A stretch of DNA of 39,004 bases from a virus (lineage: Duplodnaviria > Caudoviricetes), in the IMG/VR virus record IMGVR_UViG_3300048576_000452, positions 1-39,004 of that record; one strand, given 5' to 3'. Shown here piece by piece: positions 27,879-35,367 of the stretch. Made by a program: the position numbers and the translations under genes. Every line of letters starts with the position of its first letter. Position 1 is the stretch's first letter. Below the pieces are notes generated by a model. That model saw only the letters and a program-made list of their open reading frames with translations, was not told where the DNA came from and searched no databases.

Positions 27879-29377
27879 GCTACTTTTCTTCCTTTCTTTC
27901 TCAACCGTTTGGATTTAAATACCGTAATAAATGCATTGACTTCCGGCGTGGCCGAGCAGTTGTTTTTTCCGCGGATTTGTATGATTTCACCGCTTCGTAT
28001 CTCAATTGTGAAGTAGGGCTCTTCCGGGGCTTCTATCTGCCGGATAAAAAGGATATCCGTTATACCCTTTGCGTAACGCTCTGCGTATGTTCCCACGCAA
28101 TGATGCAGGGCTTTCCCCTCATCGATGAGCTCCAGCGAATCCTTGGCCGCGCGGATCAGCAGCCCTTCATACTCAAAGTAAAACTTTTCGCGTTCCTTTT
28201 CCTTTTCCTTGATAAGCTCGTTAAGCTTTTCATCCTCCTTGATCTTTATCTGCCGGATCGTGTTTTGGTGCATGGTATAGAGATCCCGGGGGAAAACATT
28301 ATTTTTATCCGTGAGATCTATCGCAAGCTTTTGACAGTCAGAAATATAATCACACCATGTGGTAAGAACACTGGAGTCGGTGTTATAATGTTTTTTATTC
28401 TTTAGCCTCTGATCACGGAAATATTTCATCAACGTCCGAAACGAACCGTATTCTTTGCGTTTGGTCATTTCACTAAAATATGTGGCACCATAGGCGTTGG
28501 CGAAATACCGGGCTTCTATCGGTGTAAAATTAGATCCGTCTTGCTTGGAAAGCTGAAGGATGCGCAGGAACTGATAAGATACACTGATCTTGCGTTTATG
28601 TATTTCGTTAAATTCGGCTTTGGATATTCGTAGTACTTTAAATAGTGTTTTGCCATTCCAATTGATAGAGCTATATGTTGGTTCTCTTTGGAGCTTGCCA
28701 ATAACCAGCTTCTTGAAGCCTAATTTCGTCAAGTATTCGATACACGGGTATTTTGAATACAGCCCAAGGAAAGCCGTCATATCCTGGTAATCATACTGCT
28801 CCCAAGTGCTGTATTGAAATGGCGTCCCTTTTACGCTTTGTTCCAGGCTGTCACGCGAATATTGTGTGTTTGAATTAAATATCGACAATCCATAGATGGT
28901 TGCTGTCGGCTGAAAAGAGGATGTACCTTCGCGCCAATTATATTCTTTTTTGTACATAACGCTTTCACCCATCGCAAAAACATAATAGGCGGTTATCTCA
29001 AAATGAGTATTAACGTTGCGGAATGATCTTCGATAATCTCGATAAACTTCAAAATGCCGGGCAACCACAATTTGAGGATCGAGTAATGATTTTTCATAAT
29101 ATGTAAAAGTCCCGCTGTCATATAAGTGGGAATAGCCACGGCCTGAGGCTTTCACCAGACAATATGATCCGCAATGCAGGCAGCGCGTATATTTATTGTG
29201 ATAAAGCTGTGATGCAAACTCCTGCCGGCAGTGTGTGCAATACGCAAACTGCTTCTTTCCGATCCTGTGGGTAAAGATATACCGGCTATGCAAAAGCACA
29301 TCATCATCGGCAAAGCGCAGGATCTCATCCGAAAGCTTTTCATTAAAATGAGAGTAAAAATCATCTGTTAACGGCAT
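27875..29377 (-). CDS. PcfJ-like protein
   Basis: ELIDEGKALHHCVGTYAERY..FTIEI..QIRGKNN. Confidence 0.85.
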   Translation of the reverse strand: MPLTDDFYSHFNEKLSDEILRFADDDVLLHSRYIFTHRIGKKQFAYCTHCRQEFASQLYHNKYTRCLHCGSYCLVKASGRGYSHLYDSGTFTYYEKSLLDPQIVVARHFEVYRDYRRSFRNVNTHFEITAYYVFAMGESVMYKKEYNWREGTSSFQPTATIYGLSIFNSNTQYSRDSLEQSVKGTPFQYSTWEQYDYQDMTAFLGLYSKYPCIEYLTKLGFKKLVIGKLQREPTYSSINWNGKTLFKVLRISKAEFNEIHKRKISVSYQFLRILQLSKQDGSNFTPIEARYFANAYGATYFSEMTKRKEYGSFRTLMKYFRDQRLKNKKHYNTDSSVLTTWCDYISDCQKLAIDLTDKNNVFPRDLYTMHQNTIRQIKIKEDEKLNELIKEKEKEREKFYFEYEGLLIRAAKDSLELIDEGKALHHCVGTYAERYAKGITDILFIRQIEAPEEPYFTIEIRSGEIIQIRGKNNCSATPEVNAFITVFKSKRLRKKGRKVA

Positions 29378-29388
29378 AGCGGTTCACC

Positions 29389-29766
29389 TCAAAGATAATC
29401 GTCAAGCTTGACATCAAAGTCAATGCTGCTGGTGTTGGCCATGGCGGCCGGCGTCTGGTATGCTGTCACACCGGGCACGCTTTGTATGGCTGCCGGGGCT
29501 TCTCCAATACCGAAGTATTTCAGCACAATGGCAAACCCTTCTGCATCGGAAAGCACTGCACAGTTGCCGGACTTCTTCTTTGAGGCTTCAGTGCGCATTG
29601 CATCCATGCTTCTGGAGATCGTTTTTCCTGCAGTTAGCACTATTTCTGCATACTGCGGATTTGCCATAAGGAAGGAAGTTAAAAAATCGCCTACAGCTTG
29701 GACATATGAATTGTTTGTGTTTTGGGACATTTCATCACTGATTTTTTCTAAAGCTTTATCGAGCAT
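29389..29766 (-). CDS. PcfK-like protein
   Basis: GKTISRSMDAMRTEASKKKSGNCAVLSDAEGFAIVLKYF; directly upstream of PcfJ. Confidence 0.7.
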   Translation of the reverse strand: MLDKALEKISDEMSQNTNNSYVQAVGDFLTSFLMANPQYAEIVLTAGKTISRSMDAMRTEASKKKSGNCAVLSDAEGFAIVLKYFGIGEAPAAIQSVPGVTAYQTPAAMANTSSIDFDVKLDDYL

Positions 29767-30052
29767 TGGTTTCTCCTCCAGTTCTTTCTCGTAATCCTGC
29801 TTTATACAGCGCTACATACACAATGTCTGTGCGGATATTCATTGCTTCTGCAATTTGAGTCGGGGTTTGTTCGTTTTTATACCGTTTGCATATTTCTATA
29901 ACCCTTTGCTTTAGCTTCTCTCTCGGCATAAAATGGCGTTCAGGTGCAATGCCTATAGCGCGAAGGCTTCGGTCGATGCTCTTTTCAGATACGATGGATA
30001 AGCACAAAGCGGCATAATTCGGGTTTAAAATATCTGATGATGCTTGCAACAT
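29756..30052 (-). CDS. Hypothetical protein with C-terminal HTH
   Basis: AGGAGG RBS; TPTQIAEAMNIRTDIVYVAL. Confidence 0.7.
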   Translation of the reverse strand: MLQASSDILNPNYAALCLSIVSEKSIDRSLRAIGIAPERHFMPREKLKQRVIEICKRYKNEQTPTQIAEAMNIRTDIVYVALYKAGLRERTGGETNAR

Positions 30053-30070
30053 GGTTTTTTCCTCCTCTTT

Positions 30071-30475
30071 TTAAATAAAAATCTTGGCAACCAGGTTTAG
30101 CTTTAGTTCCTTCCAGTCCTCGGGGCTGATGTTATACTTGATACGTAATTCGTCCAGCTTCGCTTGACATCTTAACAACCGTAGTGTCCGGGGCTCAATC
30201 CTTCTTTTATCCGACGCAATTGGCGGAATTAAGGGTTCTGCTGCGGGCGCTTTTGTATCCACGCGGGGCGCTGGTTCCTGTTGATCAATTTTCTCGCCGG
30301 TTCTTTTCGGGCACCACTTGGGCGAAAGGAACGGACCAAACCCCTCAATACGCCTATTTGTAGCTGTGCAGTCATGATTATGTTGTAGACCATTACCTTT
30401 TTTTCCGTACGGTATAGCTTTGTGGTATTCGCACTCTTTGCATTGGGGTACTCTATTTTTCGTCATATGCATCAT
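30071..30475 (-). CDS. Hypothetical protein (N-terminal Cys cluster)
   Basis: CKECEYH..C..SPKWCPK; operon context. Confidence 0.65.
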   Translation of the reverse strand: MMHMTKNRVPQCKECEYHKAIPYGKKGNGLQHNHDCTATNRRIEGFGPFLSPKWCPKRTGEKIDQQEPAPRVDTKAPAAEPLIPPIASDKRRIEPRTLRLLRCQAKLDELRIKYNISPEDWKELKLNLVAKIFI

Positions 30476-30518
30476 CCTTTTTTCGGATTAAGAGAGGGCT
30501 TTAATCGCCCTCGTTGTT

Positions 30519-30599
30519 TTAGTTATTTTCGTCTTCACAGTCGCAGTGTTCTTCGCAGGAGTCTAAATTCGCTCCGCATTGGGGACAGGGGTACGGCAT
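30519..30599 (-). CDS. 26-aa zinc-finger-like peptide MPYPCPQCGANLDSCEEHCDCEDENN
   Basis: AGAAGGGA RBS; CPxCGANLD..CDC motif of small clostridial phage ORFs. Confidence 0.5.
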   Translation of the reverse strand: MPYPCPQCGANLDSCEEHCDCEDENN

Positions 30600-30712
30600 T
30601 TCTTTCCCTTCTTTCTGGCAAAGGCGTCCACATCGCGCCGGATGCGCCCGCGGCTGCGGTTAAAGTCTTTTATCGTGTAGAACTGCAATCTTGGCTTTTG
30701 TACAAACGGCAT
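30563..30712 (-). CDS. 49-aa basic hypothetical protein (MPFVQKPRLQFY...)
   Basis: AGGAGG RBS upstream of ATG at 30712. Confidence 0.5.
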   Translation of the reverse strand: MPFVQKPRLQFYTIKDFNRSRGRIRRDVDAFARKKGKKCRTPVPNAERI

Positions 30713-30738
30713 GATGGGTTTCCTCCTATTATTCATTC

Positions 30739-30825
30739 ACAGAGAGGAGCGGGATTTGCCCCCGCCTTCGGCCATTATCGGTTTGTCCCCCTATACCCTT
30801 TTGGCGATTGAGCCGGCCTCTCTGT
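30739..30825 (-). ncRNA. Putative tRNA-like three-way-junction RNA 2
   Basis: Closing stem ACAGAGAGG/CCTCTCTGT, internal hairpin, AA linker, T-arm-like GGCGGG-GGCAAAT-CCCGCT. Confidence 0.55.
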
Positions 30826-30881
30826 ATTGCCAAGGATATACCGCCTCGGCTTTCGGTTCGCGAAATTCCTCTTTTAGAGGA

Positions 30882-30964
30882 TGGTGGAGAATGCCGGATG
30901 TTTACCCGGCTTGCAATTACGCCGCCGTACCACTCCTGATGATAGCCAACGCAACTGCTTCCCC
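30882..30964 (-). ncRNA. Putative tRNA-like three-way-junction RNA 1 ending in ACCA
   Basis: GGGGAA/TTCTCC acceptor with G3.U, A discriminator and CCA; long hairpin GCAGTTGCG/CGTAATTGC; AA linker; GCCGG-GTAAACAT-CCGGC arm. Confidence 0.6.
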
Positions 30965-30996
30965 ATAGTGCCGGGCGCTGATCCCCGGCGGCATAA

Positions 30997-31101
30997 TCAT
31001 CGTTTTTTCTTTTGCTCAAGCTTTTCAGTAATGATAATGGCGATCGCAACGCCGACAAACACGATTATCAATGTAAGCGCATCCGGTATGTAACAACTCA
31101 T
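30997..31101 (-). CDS. 34-aa single-TM peptide MSCYIPDALTLIIVFVGVAIAIIITEKLEQKKKR
   Basis: AGAGGT RBS; hydrophobic helix followed by a basic tail. Confidence 0.55.
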   Translation of the reverse strand: MSCYIPDALTLIIVFVGVAIAIIITEKLEQKKKR

Positions 31102-31105
31102 ACGC

Positions 31106-31654
31106 TTACCTCTTTACCAGCTGGCCGGATGTATCGATGTACATATTCCCCGGTACCGCTTTGGCCTTACCCACGGTGTAAAACGTGTGATCACCTATCC
31201 GGCAGTATCGCGGTATGTTCTTATTCCGGCCCCAATGCTTACGGTTCGCGCGCTGGAACATAGTGCAGTTTTTCGGCAGTATGCGGTGATCAATGGCGTA
31301 CATTACCGCCTCGCGGCACTTTTTTACCGATGCAATCACGCCTTTTTTCTTTGATGTCAGTATCCATCGGCCCGCCTTTGCGTATTGGCCGTGGCGTGTA
31401 ATATGCCTCATAGAATACTTGCCCTTGTTGTTTTCGTAACGGTAGATCGCAGTAAGCGCTACGGCTGCCCTGCCATAGAAAGGCTGGTTCCGTGCTTCGG
31501 CATAAACCACACGGGTAAGTTCGTTGATCTCCGCTTCGGTGTAGGTGTATTTAATTTTGCCGTCCGGTGTTTTGGTTGCTTTGGCCTGTGCTATAGGAAT
31601 GAATAGTGTGATGATAAGCAGAACTACGATGCAGAATAATATGATTTTCTTCAT
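31106..31654 (-). CDS. Cell wall hydrolase (SleB/CwlJ-like Hydrolase_2) with signal peptide
   Basis: LTRVVYAEARNQ..QY..RIGDHTFY; AGGAGAGG RBS before MKKIILF. Confidence 0.85.
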   Translation of the reverse strand: MKKIILFCIVVLLIITLFIPIAQAKATKTPDGKIKYTYTEAEINELTRVVYAEARNQPFYGRAAVALTAIYRYENNKGKYSMRHITRHGQYAKAGRWILTSKKKGVIASVKKCREAVMYAIDHRILPKNCTMFQRANRKHWGRNKNIPRYCRIGDHTFYTVGKAKAVPGNMYIDTSGQLVKR

Positions 31655-31727
31655 AAACCTCTCCTTATGCAGCTGCCTTGTGGCCTGCTGCGCTCTTTTG
31701 TATTTCATAGGCTTTTGCCTAAAACTT

Positions 31728-31985
31728 TTATACGGTCCTTGATTCCCCTGTCACCCAATACCAGAGCGCAAGCTTCGGTATCTTGCAGTAGCCGCGCCCA
31801 TATTTTCCGCCTTCCGTGCCGATTGCAAAAGGCACATTCCCGCTGTATATCATGTTGCGGAATTTCACCTTGTCCAGCCCGAAAATATCAGCGACCTTAT
31901 CTGCGGGAATGTCCGGTTTATCATCGGCTTCAAGCGCCAAAAGCAACTCCGTATTCAGTTTTTCTATAATTGCTGGCCGTGTCAT
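31728..31985 (-). CDS. Excisionase-like winged-HTH protein
   Basis: IPADKVADIFGLD..VPFAIG..CKIPKLALWYW. Confidence 0.65.
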   Translation of the reverse strand: MTRPAIIEKLNTELLLALEADDKPDIPADKVADIFGLDKVKFRNMIYSGNVPFAIGTEGGKYGRGYCKIPKLALWYWVTGESRTV

Positions 31986-32440
31986 TTCTTTTTCTCCGTG
32001 TCGTATCGCGCTGCCGCAGCCAAAAGTTCAATCAGGTTGATCAATAAGTTTATAACGTCGAGCTCATATGCGCCCCACTCCGGCAGCTCTTCAGCTTGTA
32101 ATTGATTGTCGGAGGCCATATCAAGAATGTCCTCAATGTGGCGCTGAACGGCTGAAAGCTTCTTCGGCAACCGGCATGCTGCGCCGCGAAGATCCACGTG
32201 GTCAAAATTTATCTTCGGAAAAAGCTCTTTCCATGCCGGACATTCCTGTAAGCATTTATATAAAAGCTGTTTATCGTTATAGGCCATTGATATGGACGGA
32301 ATTACATCGGCCGGAACCTTGCGTTCGCCGCACTCATAGGCTTGCAGCGTCCGCAAATCGAACGGAAGCGTTTGTGCGGCATTTTCCTGAGATAATCCTG
32401 CTTTTTTACGGCTTTCGCGTATTAATTCGCTTATATCCAT
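31982..32440 (-). CDS. XRE-family HTH regulator with CII-like C-terminus
   Basis: RESRKKAGLSQENAA..TLQAYECGER; AGGAGG RBS before ATG at 32440. Confidence 0.8.
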   Translation of the reverse strand: MDISELIRESRKKAGLSQENAAQTLPFDLRTLQAYECGERKVPADVIPSISMAYNDKQLLYKCLQECPAWKELFPKINFDHVDLRGAACRLPKKLSAVQRHIEDILDMASDNQLQAEELPEWGAYELDVINLLINLIELLAAAARYDTEKKK

Positions 32441-32498
32441 CGTGGTGTTGCCTCCTAAAAATTGGTAAGATAAAAGTGTAAAAAAAATTAGGCGGTGA

Positions 32499-32696
32499 TC
32501 AGTTTTGTTTAAAAGTATCAATCGGAACCCCATAAACCTCAGCAAGCTTAAAGGCCATATTCCGTCCGGGAAGCCTGAGGCCAGCCTCAATCTTGTGGAT
32601 ATAGTCAACGCTCACGCCTGCGCTTTCTGCTACTTTAGCTCTGGTTAGAGATTTCGCCGCCCTTGCGGCCATTAAGTCCTGTCTTTTTTCTGGCAT
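32499..32696 (-). CDS. Cro-like XRE HTH protein
   Basis: 65 aa, LTRAKVAESAGVSVDYIHKIEAGLRLP; divergent from cI. Confidence 0.85.
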   Translation of the reverse strand: MPEKRQDLMAARAAKSLTRAKVAESAGVSVDYIHKIEAGLRLPGRNMAFKLAEVYGVPIDTFKQN

Positions 32697-32732
32697 ATTC
32701 TCTCTCCCTGAAATGATTAATCTCGAAACGTA

Positions 32733-32780
32733 TTGAATAACTTACAAATTGTTGCTATAATTACTAAGACTGCATGTCTA
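32733..32780 (+). promoter_or_regulatory. sigmaA promoter (TTGAAT-17-TATAAT, extended -10 TG) with operator-like AAGAC-N5-GTCTA at 32766-32780
   Basis: Read directly; the operator matches the cI/cro operators. Confidence 0.7.
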
Positions 32781-32799
32781 AGTTTGTTGGGGGTGTTGT

Positions 32800-33057
32800 A
32801 TGGGTAAAATTATTGAGCTTCAACGCCCGAGTATTGGGGAAATATTAACTTTTGTTACGGCGGGCGGTATGTTTAGCGGCAAGATTGCAGGTTATTCCGG
32901 CTCTGATGATAATATTGCCGTTGACATCAATGAAGTTTATTTTCGCCCAGCAGGAAACTTTTCAAGGCTGTTAGCAATGGATGAAGCGCACATTTATTTA
33001 AAAAACGTCGTTGCCTTAATCCCTTGCATTGAGAGGTTTCAAGATCAATGTCCTTAA
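32800..33057 (+). CDS. Hypothetical 85-aa protein, possibly Sm/Hfq-like fold
   Basis: Own promoter and GGGGG RBS; beta-rich LTFVTAGGMFSGKI..HIYLKNVVAL. Confidence 0.6.
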   Translation: MGKIIELQRPSIGEILTFVTAGGMFSGKIAGYSGSDDNIAVDINEVYFRPAGNFSRLLAMDEAHIYLKNVVALIPCIERFQDQCP

Positions 33058-33140
33058 GTATTGCTTTATCAACACTGCCGCGAATTATGATTGCCTCGTC
33101 GTTCTGCATTGGGCTTGTCCTCCTTGTGGGGTTCAACGAT

Positions 33141-33218
33141 AAGACGTTATGTCTTGTCATGGCTTTATTATATTAGACGTTATGTCTTATGTCAATATAT
33201 ATTTTGGCGTTTTGTCTT
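33141..33218. promoter_or_regulatory. Three repressor operators, consensus AAGAC-N5-GTCTT (33141-33155, 33174-33188, degenerate 33204-33218)
   Basis: AAGACGTTATGTCTT, TAGACGTTATGTCTT, TTGGCGTTTTGTCTT. Confidence 0.75.
33167..33195 (-). promoter_or_regulatory. Early lytic promoter, perfect consensus TTGACA-17-TATAAT
   Basis: TTGACA at 33195-33190, TATAAT at 33172-33167; an operator fills the spacer. Confidence 0.85.
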
Positions 33219-33236
33219 ATTTTTTATGGTGTAACA

Positions 33237-33563
33237 ATGGAAAGATTAAAGCAGTTAAGAATTGAAAAAGGAATAACGCAGCAGCAAATAGCCAATGATC
33301 TGGGTATTCATTATTCAACATACGGAAAATACGAATTAGGGCAGCGGGATACAGATACAGAAACATTGAATAAGCTTGCCGACTACTTTGATGTATCTGT
33401 CGATTATCTCCTTGGTCGCACTAATCAAAAACGCGAAAACGAGCGCGCAGCCCTAAGTATCGCCGGGGGAAAAAGCTATGCCGATCTACCCCCCGAAGCT
33501 ATTCAGGACCTGGAAGAATACGCGGAGTTTCTGCGTTCTAAATACGGGAAGAAAAAAGAATAG
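33237..33563 (+). CDS. CI/ImmR-like XRE repressor
   Basis: RLKQLRIEKGITQQQIA..KYELGQR..LADYFDVSVDYLLGR; no S24 peptidase domain, ImmA encoded nearby. Confidence 0.9.
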   Translation: MERLKQLRIEKGITQQQIANDLGIHYSTYGKYELGQRDTDTETLNKLADYFDVSVDYLLGRTNQKRENERAALSIAGGKSYADLPPEAIQDLEEYAEFLRSKYGKKKE

Positions 33564-33578
33564 TATGAGGTTTTACAA

Positions 33579-34025
33579 ATGCTTGATCAATTAGAGATCG
33601 ATCGATTGTTAGCTTTATTAAAAGACTTACATGAAAAAAGCATATTATTTCCAAGGCAAGGCAGAGACTTGAGGCTGAATGTTACGGCTCAAAAATCTAA
33701 AGATCAATTTAATATAATAATCAATTATAAATCCAAAATAGCAAAAAAATGCACATACTTGGAAAAGTATTCAAATGACATATTATTGAAATTACACTTT
33801 ATGGGTGCTCCCCATGAGAATCCAGATAATACTGTTATCCATTGCCCTCATATACATATTGCAAAAGAAAACTTTAATGACAGCTGGGCTTTTCCAATAG
33901 ATACTGTTGGAATAAAAAATTCAGACGATTTAATAGAACAACTGTTTGATTTCTTGCAATTTTGTAATATAATTAATCTTGAAGATATAGATATTCAGCA
34001 TAATTTTATAAATGAGGTAGATTAA
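33579..34025 (+). CDS. DUF6978-like protein
   Basis: PHENPD..CPHIHI..WAFPI motif; AT-rich; follows cI. Confidence 0.7.
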   Translation: MLDQLEIDRLLALLKDLHEKSILFPRQGRDLRLNVTAQKSKDQFNIIINYKSKIAKKCTYLEKYSNDILLKLHFMGAPHENPDNTVIHCPHIHIAKENFNDSWAFPIDTVGIKNSDDLIEQLFDFLQFCNIINLEDIDIQHNFINEVD

Positions 34026-34796
34026 ATGGCGCAGAGACCGCCAGATGGTAATGTTCTGATTGACCATTACCTTGAATGGATAAAAACTAAATTTAGCGCA
34101 AAAACCATCGGCGAGTATTGTGAAATTACAACGCCTCTTCTTGATTCTCACAATGATTATTTTCAAATATATGTTAAATCTACTGAGCATGGTCTTTTGT
34201 TAACTGATGACGGATATGTTATTAATGATCTTTCATACATAATTGACTTGAATAATCCAAAAAGAAAAGAAATATTAAATACCGTCATAAACAGATATGG
34301 AATAAAACGTGATGATGATGAGTTATATGTTGAAGCAACATTAAATAATTTTGCGCAAAAAAAACATAACCTTATTCAAGCTATGATTGCAGTTAATGAT
34401 ATAGCTTATACTTCAACATCAACCGCTATAAGTATTTTTACTGACGAAGTCGCAAGTTTTTTGGATGTTATTAACATACCATATACTTCGTCGGTATTAT
34501 TCAACGGTAAAAGTGGTCTTGCGCACAGTTATGATTTTATTATTCCTCGTACATCAAAAAGTCCCAGCAAGGCAATTAAGGCAATACAAAAGCTTGATAA
34601 GAACAGAACTCAATTGTTTATTTTTGCATGCAATGATACGAAGCAAGCGCGTAACGATAATTTAATTATATATCCAATAGTCAATGATACCGATAAGCCT
34701 ATTTCACAAGATATATATAAAGCTTTTAATGAATATGACATTGATCTTTTGGCGTGGAGCAATAAAGAAAATATAAAACATAAATTAGCTATTTAA
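34026..34796 (+). CDS. DUF1828 + DUF1829-like protein (C-terminal restriction-endonuclease-like domain)
   Basis: EITTPLLDSHNDYFQIY..LTDDGY; GKSGLAHSYDFII. Confidence 0.8.
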   Translation: MAQRPPDGNVLIDHYLEWIKTKFSAKTIGEYCEITTPLLDSHNDYFQIYVKSTEHGLLLTDDGYVINDLSYIIDLNNPKRKEILNTVINRYGIKRDDDELYVEATLNNFAQKKHNLIQAMIAVNDIAYTSTSTAISIFTDEVASFLDVINIPYTSSVLFNGKSGLAHSYDFIIPRTSKSPSKAIKAIQKLDKNRTQLFIFACNDTKQARNDNLIIYPIVNDTDKPISQDIYKAFNEYDIDLLAWSNKENIKHKLAI

Positions 34797-34860
34797 TGTC
34801 CCAAATTATACCCAATACCTTTGCTATAATAGCACTACAGATATAAAAGGGGTTTAAAAT

Positions 34861-35334
34861 ATGATAAGTGAGTATGAGCGCATGGAGCAGCTTGCTTATG
34901 AGAATGACGTTTCGATTTTTTATCGCTCCATGACCGATAATGTAAAAGGTTTTTACTATTCAATTAATGATTTTGCATCAATCACCTTGAACCAATCGCT
35001 TGAAACTACTGCAGAAAAGTCATGCGTGCTCGCGGAAGAAGTCGAGCATTTTTTAACTACACCCATAAACTTACTCTCTGCAACCGCTGGCAATCAAGAG
35101 AAATATGAACACGTCGCCAGATGGGGCGCCGTCCGGCGGCTGGTTCCTTTGCGTAAACTGATAGACGCAAAATACGAAGGCGTGGGTAATATTTATGAAT
35201 TGGCCGAATATCTCAATGTAACAGAGGATTTTCTTTCTATGGCTTTGAATATGTACCGTGAGCATTATGGGCTTGAATTTTGTTATGGGCGGTATATAAT
35301 AAAACTTAATCCAATCGATGTTTATTACGCATAA
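34861..35334 (+). CDS. ImmA/IrrE-family metallopeptidase (anti-repressor)
   Basis: KGFY..ITLNQSL..LAEEVEH..ELAEYLNVTEDFL; TGcTATAAT at 34822-34830. Confidence 0.8.
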   Translation: MISEYERMEQLAYENDVSIFYRSMTDNVKGFYYSINDFASITLNQSLETTAEKSCVLAEEVEHFLTTPINLLSATAGNQEKYEHVARWGAVRRLVPLRKLIDAKYEGVGNIYELAEYLNVTEDFLSMALNMYREHYGLEFCYGRYIIKLNPIDVYYA

Positions 35335-35367
35335 TTCTACCAACTAAATTTAAAAGGAGAAAAACGA

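Noticed and set aside
30882-30964. Canonical tRNA or tmRNA
   Set aside because: No D-arm, anticodon loop or TTC T-loop, and no tag ORF; reported as a tRNA-like RNA instead
30729-31058. 109-aa minus-strand ORF and overlapping plus-strand ORFs
   Set aside because: No RBS, low-information sequence, and overlap with a better small ORF and structured RNA
33189-33236. Upstream ATG start for cI
   Set aside because: It overlaps the lytic promoter and operators; the HTH begins at 33237
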